DNA of 64,000 nt from Tissierellia bacterium. GTDB lineage: Bacteria > Bacillota > Clostridia > Tissierellales > Peptoniphilaceae. Within the stretch, counting starts at the first letter, position 1; the number at the start of each line of letters is the position of its first letter. The notes beneath the pieces were generated by a model. The model was given only the letters and a program-made list of their open reading frames with translations. It ran no database searches and was not told the origin of the DNA. This document shows, one piece after another, positions 27,923 to 36,039 of the stretch. The DNA is taken from contig JAAYEL010000020.1 of the NCBI GenBank assembly GCA_012728755.1, positions 723 through 64,722 of the forward strand. The letters run 5' to 3'. The position numbers and the translations under genes are program-made.

Positions 27923-28921
27923 ATGTCATTACTAGAAATTAAAAATTTACACACATATTTCAGCACTAAAAGAGGTTTGATAAAGGCTGTTGATGGTGTT
28001 GATCTAACGATCGAAGAAGGACGTACACTTGGTGTAGTAGGTGAGTCTGGTTCAGGAAAGAGCCAAACAGCGATGAGTATCTTACAATTATTTGAACCAA
28101 ACCAAAAAATTCATAATGGTGAGATTATTTTCGATGGCAACAAGATTTCTGAATATAATACAAAACAATTGGAAAATGTTAGAGGTAATGAAGTATCAAT
28201 AATTTTCCAAGAACCTATGACTTCTTTGAATCCAGTATTTACAGTAGAAAGACAACTTAGTGAAGCATTTATGCTTCATCAAGGTATGAATAAAAAAGAA
28301 GCAGCATTAAACTCAGTAAAGATGCTTGAGATGGTTAAGATCCCTAACCCAGATGTAGTAGTTAAACAATATCCGTTTGAACTTTCTGGTGGGATGAACC
28401 AAAGAGTTATGATCGCGATGGCATTGGCATGTAAACCAAAATTACTAATTGCCGATGAACCAACGACAGCTCTTGACGTTACTATTCAAGCCCAAATATT
28501 GAAGTTAATGAACGATTTAAAAGCAGAAACAAATACAGCTATTATGTTTATCACTCACGATTTAGGAGTTATAAACCAAATGGCAGATGATGTAGCAGTT
28601 ATGTATGCTGGACAAGTAGTAGAACAAGCTCCAGTAGACTATATATTTGATGGATCAATGACTAAGTATTCTCATCCTTATACGGAAGGTCTACTTGCAT
28701 CAATCCCATCAATCACATCAAAAAGAGATGAAAGATTAGATACGATTCCAGGCTCTGTACCTCATCCATTGGCTATGCCGAATGGTTGTAGATTTGCAGA
28801 TAGATGTAAATATGCTACTCAAAAATGTAAAGATAATATGCCTGAGCTTGAAGAAGTAACTAAAGGGCAATTTATCAGATGTTTCTATCCTGAAAAGGGG
28901 GTAAGAAGTAGTGGAAAATAA
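27923..28921 (+). CDS. Opp/Dpp-type ABC ATP-binding protein (OppD-like)
   Basis: 332 aa. Walker A GESGSGKSQ, signature LSGGMNQR, and a C-terminal oligopeptide-type extension containing a Cys cluster. Confidence 0.9.
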   Translation: MSLLEIKNLHTYFSTKRGLIKAVDGVDLTIEEGRTLGVVGESGSGKSQTAMSILQLFEPNQKIHNGEIIFDGNKISEYNTKQLENVRGNEVSIIFQEPMTSLNPVFTVERQLSEAFMLHQGMNKKEAALNSVKMLEMVKIPNPDVVVKQYPFELSGGMNQRVMIAMALACKPKLLIADEPTTALDVTIQAQILKLMNDLKAETNTAIMFITHDLGVINQMADDVAVMYAGQVVEQAPVDYIFDGSMTKYSHPYTEGLLASIPSITSKRDERLDTIPGSVPHPLAMPNGCRFADRCKYATQKCKDNMPELEEVTKGQFIRCFYPEKGVRSSGK

Positions 28922-30530
28922 AAACGAAAAGAAGGTATTGTTTTCGGTAAAAAACCTAAAAAAATACTTCCCATTAAAAAAGAAACCATTTGAGAGAACA
29001 CAAAGATATGTTAGAGCGAATGAATCAATCACTTTAGATATATATGAAGGAGAGACATTAGGTCTTGTAGGAGAGTCTGGATGTGGTAAATCTACATTTG
29101 GAAGAACTATCATTCAGTTATATGAACAAACTGGTGGATCTACTTTATACTATGGAAGAACATTGGCTGATTTTGCTCCAAAATACGCGGCTAAAGTTAT
29201 AAAGGCTATTCCAAGTCTTTTCCCTAAATACTTAAAGGAAAAGCAAGAATTTGAAAAGCTAAGTGCTGAATTTGAAGCAGCTGAAGATAAAAAGGCTATC
29301 GAATTAGAAGAAAAAGCAATTAATAAGAGAAGAGATATAGAAGAAAAATATTTCAACATGTTACGAATTGCTGGTGGACTTTTAGTTCATAATGATTTGA
29401 AAAAAGTTTCTGATACTTTATTAGAAGAATATAATGAAAAAGTTGTTGGTGCAAATATAAGAAGAGATATCGAAAAAGTAACTCTTCAAATACATGACGA
29501 CCATTTAGCTAATAAAAAAGCTGATAATGAAAGAAAACTTCAAGAACTAAATAATAAATTAGATCAACAAGTTCAAGAAATTGAAAGCAAGAGACTAAAT
29601 ACTCAAAAACTAAGAGATGAGATATCTTCAAAAGAAGGTTATGATTTCTATGAAGAGATGAAAGATACAGGAATAGATTTATCTGAATTGACTACAAATG
29701 AGATGCGTGAACTTAGAAAAGAAATGCAAATGATTTTCCAAGATCCATATTCTTCATTAGATACAAAGATGACTGTAGGTAATATAATTGGTGAAGGTGT
29801 ATTAGCACATAAGATGTTTAAGTCTAATAAATCTAAAGAATACCAAGATCATATTATTAAAGTTATGGAACAATGTGGTCTAGCAGATTACTTTATTCAT
29901 AGATATCCTCACCAATTCTCTGGTGGACAAAGACAAAGAATCGGTATAGCAAGAGCATTAGCTCTTCAACCAAAATTCATCGTAGCCGATGAAGCCGTAT
30001 CTGCGCTTGACGTATCTATTCAATCTCAAGTAATTAACTTATTACAAGACTTAAAAGAAGAAAACAACTTAACATATCTATTTATCACTCATGACTTATC
30101 AGTAGTTAAATACATTTCCGATAGGGTTGGAGTTATGTATCTAGGTAATCTAGTTGAGTTAACACAATCAGATAAATTATTTGAAAAACCACTTCATCCA
30201 TATACACAAGCTCTATTAGCAGCTATTCCTAGAACGGATGTTGAACATAATACAGAGCTATCTATACTTGAAGGTGATATCCCATCAGCGGTTAATCCAC
30301 CAAAGGGATGTAAATTCCATACAAGATGTAAATATGCTATGGACGTATGTTCTCAATTTGAACCAGCATGGAATGAACAAGAAAAAGATCATTTTGTTGC
30401 TTGTCACTTATATGCTATGGAACCTGAAGAAAGAGAACAATATATGAAAGAAGTAGATGAAAGAGTATTAGAAGAACAAAAAGCTTCTGGTAAAGCTTTC
30501 GAAAATCTAGAGGAAGTAGTTAGCGAATAA
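28911..30530 (+). CDS. Opp/Dpp-type ABC ATP-binding protein (OppF-like) with a roughly 170-aa coiled-coil insert
   Basis: 539 aa with a GTG start after GGGGG. Walker A GESGCGKST is at residue about 55, but the Q-loop context MQMIFQDP is only at about 272. Signature FSGGQRQR. Confidence 0.85.
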   Translation: MENKNEKKVLFSVKNLKKYFPLKKKPFERTQRYVRANESITLDIYEGETLGLVGESGCGKSTFGRTIIQLYEQTGGSTLYYGRTLADFAPKYAAKVIKAIPSLFPKYLKEKQEFEKLSAEFEAAEDKKAIELEEKAINKRRDIEEKYFNMLRIAGGLLVHNDLKKVSDTLLEEYNEKVVGANIRRDIEKVTLQIHDDHLANKKADNERKLQELNNKLDQQVQEIESKRLNTQKLRDEISSKEGYDFYEEMKDTGIDLSELTTNEMRELRKEMQMIFQDPYSSLDTKMTVGNIIGEGVLAHKMFKSNKSKEYQDHIIKVMEQCGLADYFIHRYPHQFSGGQRQRIGIARALALQPKFIVADEAVSALDVSIQSQVINLLQDLKEENNLTYLFITHDLSVVKYISDRVGVMYLGNLVELTQSDKLFEKPLHPYTQALLAAIPRTDVEHNTELSILEGDIPSAVNPPKGCKFHTRCKYAMDVCSQFEPAWNEQEKDHFVACHLYAMEPEEREQYMKEVDERVLEEQKASGKAFENLEEVVSE

Positions 30531-30736
30531 TGGCAAATTTATTTAGAAAACCAAAAGATGAAAGTGAATTTGCAAAACTTTCAAAGGAAGAGCAAAAAGA
30601 ACACTTAAGTAAATTGGGCGAGAATTTTACAAAGAAAGATGAACTAGCTATGTTGATAGCAGCTTTTAAGGTTTTCTTGCCACCGATTCTAGTGATCATA
30701 TTGATAATTTATTTGATTACAAAACTATTTGTATAA
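30530..30736 (+). CDS. small tail-anchored membrane protein, translationally coupled to the OppF-like gene
   Basis: 68 aa. The ATG overlaps the upstream TAA (TAATG). A charged N-terminal half is followed by a single C-terminal TM helix. Confidence 0.5.
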   Translation: MANLFRKPKDESEFAKLSKEEQKEHLSKLGENFTKKDELAMLIAAFKVFLPPILVIILIIYLITKLFV

Positions 30737-30822
30737 ACAAGGGCTGTTGAAAAACAGCTCTTTTATATTGCTATCATTAGTAAATTCAACAGGTAAAATT
30801 TGATGAAAGTTTAATTAAAAAC

Positions 30823-30850
30823 TTGATTTTTTAGCAATTTGAGCTATAAT
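30823..30850 (+). promoter_or_regulatory. sigma-A-type promoter
   Basis: TTGATT - 16 nt - TATAAT, about 90 nt upstream of the FMN-binding lipoprotein gene. Confidence 0.5.
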
Positions 30851-30939
30851 AAACAGTGTCCAGATTTTGTTCAATTAGATCTGGGTATAAATGAAATGTT
30901 ATAGGGAGAACCCCTAAATATTTAACAGGAGGAAATAGA

Positions 30940-31329
30940 ATGAAGAAAATATTCGCGCTTTTATTAGTATTAACATTAGTTTTAGTTGGATGTGGACAAG
31001 GTACTTCAACTACTGACAAACCAGAAACAACAACTGGCGAAGCAAAAACTATTACTAAAACAGTAAAAGGACACAATGGAGATGTAGAAGTAACTACAAC
31101 TTTTGATGCAGCAGGAAAGATTACTGAAGTTAAAGTAGGTAAACATGAAGAAACTGAAGGTCTTTCAGACCCAGCTATCAGCGATGTTCCAAAATCAATC
31201 GTTGAAAAGAATTCAGTAGCAGTTGACACTGTTGGTGGAGCTACAGTAACTTCAAAAGCTATCATCGATGCTGTAACACAAGCTATCACAGAAGCAGGAT
31301 TTAACCCAGCTGATTATGGTGCTAAATAG
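30940..31329 (+). CDS. FMN-binding-domain lipoprotein (NqrC/RnfG-type FMN_bind)
   Basis: 129 aa. Lipobox LVGCG. Flavinylation-type motif VDTVGGATVTSKAI. GGAGG RBS. Confidence 0.75.
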   Translation: MKKIFALLLVLTLVLVGCGQGTSTTDKPETTTGEAKTITKTVKGHNGDVEVTTTFDAAGKITEVKVGKHEETEGLSDPAISDVPKSIVEKNSVAVDTVGGATVTSKAIIDAVTQAITEAGFNPADYGAK

Positions 31330-31349
31330 TAAATAAAAAGATAGTAAGA

Positions 31350-31389
31350 GAGGTTAGATTTGAGAAATCATTTCTAACTTCTTTTTTTA
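31350..31389 (+). terminator. intrinsic terminator
   Basis: AGGTTAGA ... TCTAACTT stem followed by TTTTTTT. Confidence 0.6.
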
Positions 31390-31455
31390 TCTTTGTCAAA
31401 ATGAAAGAACAATCATATGGTATAATAGAAACAAGAATAATATATGAGGTGAGAT

Positions 31456-32274
31456 ATGATTTACGAAAAATTAGAAAAAGCTTATAAAAATATTAGAGAA
31501 AAAACAGATTTTGAACCGGAATTAGCGATTGTTTTAGGTTCAGGACTTGGTAAATTAGCAGATCAAGTTGAAATGATTGATGAGATAAGCTACAAGGACA
31601 TCGAAGGATTTCCTGTATCAACAGCTCCAGGTCATAAAGGAAGATTTATCTTCACTGAGATTCATGGAGTAAAGACTGTTATCATGCAAGGAAGAGTTCA
31701 CTATTATGAAGGATATCCTATGAGCGATGTAGTATTACCTACTAGATTGATGGGCATGATGGGTGCTAAGACTCTTATCGTTACTAACGCTGCTGGTGGA
31801 GCAAATCCAGAATTTAATGTTGGTGATTTAATGGTTATTAGAGATCATATAGCTCAATTTGTGCCATCACCTTTGATAGGACAAAATGTTGAACAACTTG
31901 GCGTAAGATTTCCTGATATGACTGAAGTTTATAAAAAAGAATATAGTGATTTAATAACTAAGATAGGTAAGGAAAAAGGATTTAACATGAGAGAAGGAGT
32001 TTATTGTCAATTTACAGGACCTGCTTATGAGACTCCTACTGAAGTAAAGATGGCAGCTCTTCTTGGAGCTGATGCTGTTGGTATGTCAACAACTGTTGAA
32101 TCAACTGCTGCAAGACATATGGGCATGGAAGTTTGTGGCATAAGCTTAATCACAAATAAAGCTGCTGGACTTTCAGATGAACTTCTTTCAGAACAAGAAG
32201 TAATTGATGCTGGTGAAGCTGCATCTGAATATTTTATAGACCTTGTTTTAGAATTTGTTAGACAATACAAATAA
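31456..32274 (+). CDS. punA: purine nucleoside phosphorylase, trimeric PunA type
   Basis: 272 aa. Motifs AIVLGSGLG, GRFIF..I.G, VMQGRVHYYEG and VGMSTVPE-like VGMSTTVES. Confidence 0.9.
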   Translation: MIYEKLEKAYKNIREKTDFEPELAIVLGSGLGKLADQVEMIDEISYKDIEGFPVSTAPGHKGRFIFTEIHGVKTVIMQGRVHYYEGYPMSDVVLPTRLMGMMGAKTLIVTNAAGGANPEFNVGDLMVIRDHIAQFVPSPLIGQNVEQLGVRFPDMTEVYKKEYSDLITKIGKEKGFNMREGVYCQFTGPAYETPTEVKMAALLGADAVGMSTTVESTAARHMGMEVCGISLITNKAAGLSDELLSEQEVIDAGEAASEYFIDLVLEFVRQYK

Positions 32275-32275
32275 G

Positions 32276-35044
32276 ATGAATAAAATTAATCGTAATCAAC
32301 AAATTGCGATAGAAACCATTGATGGACCTGTGCTTATTATCGCAGGTCCTGGAAGTGGTAAGACTTATACGATAGTAGAGCGTGTGATACATATGGTGGC
32401 TGATAGAGATATCGAACCATCACAAATAATGGTTTCTACATTTACCAATAAGGCTGCTACTGAACTTTTGGATAGACTATCATTAAAATTTAAAGAACTA
32501 AATATTGCTAAAGATATTAACGATATGTTCCTAGGAAACTTCCACGAAATTTGTAGAAGAATAATAGATGAATATATCGATTATTTAGATTTAAAACGTG
32601 GTTATCAGATGATTGATGATGTGGCGAAAAGATATATTATCTCTAAGTATATAGACCATTTTAGAAAGATTAAAAATTATGCCACATACTATCAAAAATA
32701 TGAGATTAAAAATATCGAAAAAACACTTCAAGCAATTTTTGAAGATGGGATAATTGATAGAAAATCTAATAATGTTGAGCACCAAGTGATGTTTGATATA
32801 GCATCATTATATGAATCTATTATGAAAAAACATAATATTTTAGATTTTTCTATGATCTTATATCATACTTATAAGCTATTAAAAACTCATCCTAAGGTTA
32901 GAGATGAGCTAAGAGATAAAATCAAATATATTATGATTGATGAGTATCAAGATACAAATAGAGTTCAAGAAAAGATTTTATTTGAGCTATTAAACGATGA
33001 AGAGAATATTTGTGTAGTTGGTGATGACGATCAAGGATTATATAGATTTAGAGGTGCCACTGTAAAGAATATTCTTGAATTTGGCAAGCAATTTAAGCAG
33101 CCAGTAACCAGGGTAAACTTAGAGACAAACTATAGGTCGACTCAAGATATCATAGACTTTTATATTCAATTTATGGATTCAATTAGGTCCTATGTAAAAG
33201 ATATAGACAAGTATAGATATGATAAGAAGATTTACTCAAATGACCCGAACAACTCAAAGTCGGTTTTTAAGTTAGGTGCATTAAATGAAGATGAGTATCG
33301 AGAAAAAATCGTTTCATTAATATTAGAGCTTAAATCAAAAGGCGTCATCAATGAATATAATGAGGTTGGTGTGCTTGTGACATCTGTAAACGACCAAAGG
33401 GTAGCTAAACTTGGAACAGCTCTAAAAAAGGCTAATATTGGATTGTACACGCCAAAGACTTCTACACTTCTAAGTCGAACGGAGATCCATTTAATCATCG
33501 GTGCTATTTATGCGATTTTTCTACCATACATTCAAAAGAATAAAGTGATTATCGACTATAAGACACAGGAATTTTTAGGAATATGTCTTGGTGAATTTTT
33601 GAAAAAATCAAAAAAAGATGAAAACATGGAGATATTTATCGAAAGTATGTCAAAATACTTGTTGAAAGACTCGTTTTCTATCACTATGCTTGATATCGTC
33701 TATAGACTTTTTAGATATGAGCCTTTTAAGTCCATACTTGATGATGAGATAAATGAAAAATCCAAAAAGAATATATCAAGATTTTTAGAACTTATTGAAA
33801 GTTATGAGTCAATTCATCAAAATTTCAATATAAATCAAAACGAGATTTCAAAATATGTGAGTGGTTTCTTTGGCGATTTTGTCGCTTTTATTAAACAAGA
33901 GAAAGTGGCTGAATTTGATGAAGATACCATAATCCCACAAAAAGACCAGGTATCCCTATTAACTATTCATTCTTCAAAGGGAATGGAATATCCAGTAGTA
34001 ATCATGGCAAGCTTATGGGATAAGCCATTTAATTCATATAAATTTACGCTTGATAATATGATAAACTCATTGCTTTCTGAATATGGTAGAGAAGAGTTTG
34101 AACCTATTAAATATAACGAAATTCTAGATTATTATAGGAAGTATTTTACTGGATTTTCTAGAGCAAAAAATCTTTTAATCCTAGCGGGAATAGAATCAGA
34201 TGCGTTGGTATCATATGCTATAAAACCATTTTACGAAAAATTAAGTGAGATTAAAGAGTCTGATTTTTCTGGGATTAGAAGAGAACCTTATAAGGAAGAA
34301 ACGATAAAGAAAGTATATTCCTATACACAAGACATAGTAAATTATCGCAAATGTCCAAGAGCTTATTATTTTTTCAGGCTGTTTAAGTTTAGAAAACTAA
34401 CAAGCACAGGGATTTACTATGGAAGTATAGTTCATGAGACTATTGAATATATTAATAAGAGATATATTGATAATGAGCCTCTTGATCGGGATGATATCCA
34501 TGAGCAAGCCACGCTTATAGCTCGTTCAAAATATCTTAAAGGCGCTATAGGACTTACTAAGGATAGCATCGATATTATAAAACAAGAAGTAGATAAATAC
34601 CTTGATTTTATGGAATATTTTGATGCGATTTTGGATTCTGAACTTCAAATTTCCATGGCGACTAAGGATTATATACTAACGGGTAATGTCGATTTAATAT
34701 ATGAGAAAAATGGGAAGCTTGGCATCATGGACTTTAAGACGGGTCGTTCACCAGTAGAGATTGGTAACGATGAGTTATTGAATCAATACATGGGACAGCT
34801 AAGACTTTATGCTTATTTATATAAGGAGACAAAGAAGCAAGATATAGATGATATAGTTCTTTATTTTACAGGATTAAATAATCAAGACTCCATTCATGGT
34901 GAACATTTAAGGAAAAATGATATTGATATCGACCATATTGACAAGACGATAAGACAAATTGAAACAGATAAAGAATTTAAGAAAACAGATGATATAGAAA
35001 AATGCAAATATTGTGAAATGCGTTTTTACTGCGATCGAGTGTAA
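32276..35044 (+). CDS. UvrD/PcrA-like SF1 helicase fused to a C-terminal Cas4/AddB-type PD-(D/E)XK nuclease with a 4-Cys cluster
   Basis: About 922 aa from the ATG at 32276. Walker A AGPGSGKT, IMIDEYQDTN and NYRST motifs. C-terminal domain has C-x(n)-...IMDFKTG...QLRLYAYLY...C-x2-C-x5-C. Confidence 0.8.
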   Translation: MNKINRNQQIAIETIDGPVLIIAGPGSGKTYTIVERVIHMVADRDIEPSQIMVSTFTNKAATELLDRLSLKFKELNIAKDINDMFLGNFHEICRRIIDEYIDYLDLKRGYQMIDDVAKRYIISKYIDHFRKIKNYATYYQKYEIKNIEKTLQAIFEDGIIDRKSNNVEHQVMFDIASLYESIMKKHNILDFSMILYHTYKLLKTHPKVRDELRDKIKYIMIDEYQDTNRVQEKILFELLNDEENICVVGDDDQGLYRFRGATVKNILEFGKQFKQPVTRVNLETNYRSTQDIIDFYIQFMDSIRSYVKDIDKYRYDKKIYSNDPNNSKSVFKLGALNEDEYREKIVSLILELKSKGVINEYNEVGVLVTSVNDQRVAKLGTALKKANIGLYTPKTSTLLSRTEIHLIIGAIYAIFLPYIQKNKVIIDYKTQEFLGICLGEFLKKSKKDENMEIFIESMSKYLLKDSFSITMLDIVYRLFRYEPFKSILDDEINEKSKKNISRFLELIESYESIHQNFNINQNEISKYVSGFFGDFVAFIKQEKVAEFDEDTIIPQKDQVSLLTIHSSKGMEYPVVIMASLWDKPFNSYKFTLDNMINSLLSEYGREEFEPIKYNEILDYYRKYFTGFSRAKNLLILAGIESDALVSYAIKPFYEKLSEIKESDFSGIRREPYKEETIKKVYSYTQDIVNYRKCPRAYYFFRLFKFRKLTSTGIYYGSIVHETIEYINKRYIDNEPLDRDDIHEQATLIARSKYLKGAIGLTKDSIDIIKQEVDKYLDFMEYFDAILDSELQISMATKDYILTGNVDLIYEKNGKLGIMDFKTGRSPVEIGNDELLNQYMGQLRLYAYLYKETKKQDIDDIVLYFTGLNNQDSIHGEHLRKNDIDIDHIDKTIRQIETDKEFKKTDDIEKCKYCEMRFYCDRV

Positions 35045-35071
35045 AAAAAAGTGGCCTTCGGCCACTTTTTT
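35043..35071. terminator. bidirectional intrinsic terminator
   Basis: A-run, GTGGC-CTTCG-GCCAC, T-run. Confidence 0.85.
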
Positions 35072-35104
35072 ATGCTTTACTCGACACTAAGCTTATACTT
35101 CAAT

Positions 35105-35351
35105 ATACCTTGTGTCCCAAGCTATAAACTTTTCCACAGAAAAGTCCGAAGCGAGGAATCCGCAGACCAGAAGCTTCATTAAAAAAGCGACCTGCTGGAC
35201 TGACATATTTGAAGTGGTTTTTTACCACAACTTTTTTGGCCAGTTTAAGCAGGTCGCATATCAATCAAAAGCTTCGCCAGTCGAGGCATGCAGCTAGGAC
35301 CTTTTTTGTGGAAAAGTCTGAGGACCAGCTTGCGAAAAATTTGGGCTCGAA
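35105..35351. repeat. nested palindromic repeat element of the same modular family
   Basis: Outer inverted repeat 35129-35147 / 35297-35316, inner inverted repeat 35187-35196 / 35248-35257, central hairpin 35214-35228 with a T-run. Module 35318-35351 matches 13191-24 (inverted). Confidence 0.8.
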
Positions 35352-35863
35352 AAGTTTTTATTCTTATATACATTATAAGTATATTCAAATACGTCATCGC
35401 CTTGGATTTCTGTTTGAAGGTCTGATTGTTCGATTAGTTCCCAGTTTTCTAGTTTTTCTAAGTTTGGGATGGCTGTATCGAATCGTTCATATGCCTTGTC
35501 AACAAGGGTGATGTAAGCATATTCACATTTATCGATTAATTGATCTACTAGATTTCCACCGCCAATTAGAAACACTTTCTTGTTGTCTACATTTATTTCT
35601 TTTAGTTTATCGTCTAATTTTGACACATCTGTCACAACGATGGCATCGTGATTTACGTAGTTTCCATCTCTAGTTATCACTACATGAGTTCTATTTGGAA
35701 GTGGTTTTGAGCCAGGAAGGGATTCAAGTGTTTTTCTGCCCATAACCATGATATGTCCAGAAGTTATTTCTTTAAATCTCTTAAGGTCTTTTTTAAGGTG
35801 AAATAACATATCACCGTCAACACCTATCGAAAAGTTTCTATCTACACCTATTATTAATATCAT
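35294..35863 (-). CDS. folA: dihydrofolate reductase with a repeat-encoded C-terminal extension
   Basis: 189 aa. Motifs MILIIGVDRNFSIG, GRKTLESLP and LIGGG. The last 20 or so codons lie inside the repeat element at 35294-35351. Confidence 0.85.
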   Translation of the reverse strand: MILIIGVDRNFSIGVDGDMLFHLKKDLKRFKEITSGHIMVMGRKTLESLPGSKPLPNRTHVVITRDGNYVNHDAIVVTDVSKLDDKLKEINVDNKKVFLIGGGNLVDQLIDKCEYAYITLVDKAYERFDTAIPNLEKLENWELIEQSDLQTEIQGDDVFEYTYNVYKNKNFSSPNFSQAGPQTFPQKRS

Positions 35864-36039
35864 ATTACCTCCATGAGTATTTAATGCATTTTACCTTCTG
35901 TAAAATGAATTGTTGCTTTCGTAAAGATTATACCATATAAATGGGAATATTTACTCTTTGTACAAAACAATGAGCTTTGATTCTATCGTTATCGCTCGTT
36001 TTTTGGTATAATAGTAAAGATATATAGATTGGAGTTAAA

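Noticed and set aside
30851-30939. preQ1-I-like riboswitch in the leader of the FMN-binding lipoprotein gene (TAGGG-AGAA-CCCCTA followed by an A-rich tail and the SD)
   Set aside because: The loop is only 4 nt, too short to form the preQ1-I pseudoknot. The downstream gene is unrelated to queuosine metabolism. The resemblance is limited to a generic hairpin plus an A-rich tail.
30831-31289. Long antisense ORFs inside well-supported genes (for example 30831..31289-, 12923..13321-, 6345..6728+, 3328..3603-, 15184..15522-, 20236..20580-, 26753..27067-, 28736..29113-, 43913..44209- and 52824..53123-)
   Set aside because: Each lies opposite, or out of frame within, a gene with strong motif support. 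The translations are low-complexity or Ser/Phe/Ile-rich, typical of antisense reading of AT-rich coding DNA, and none has an RBS.
31456-35044. PNP-domain gene plus helicase-nuclease as a two-gene anti-phage system (PNP-type effectors occur in some defence systems)
   Set aside because: The PNP is a full-length, canonical trimeric PunA-type purine nucleoside phosphorylase with all housekeeping motifs. The surrounding genes are core metabolism, and no sensor or kinase partner is present.
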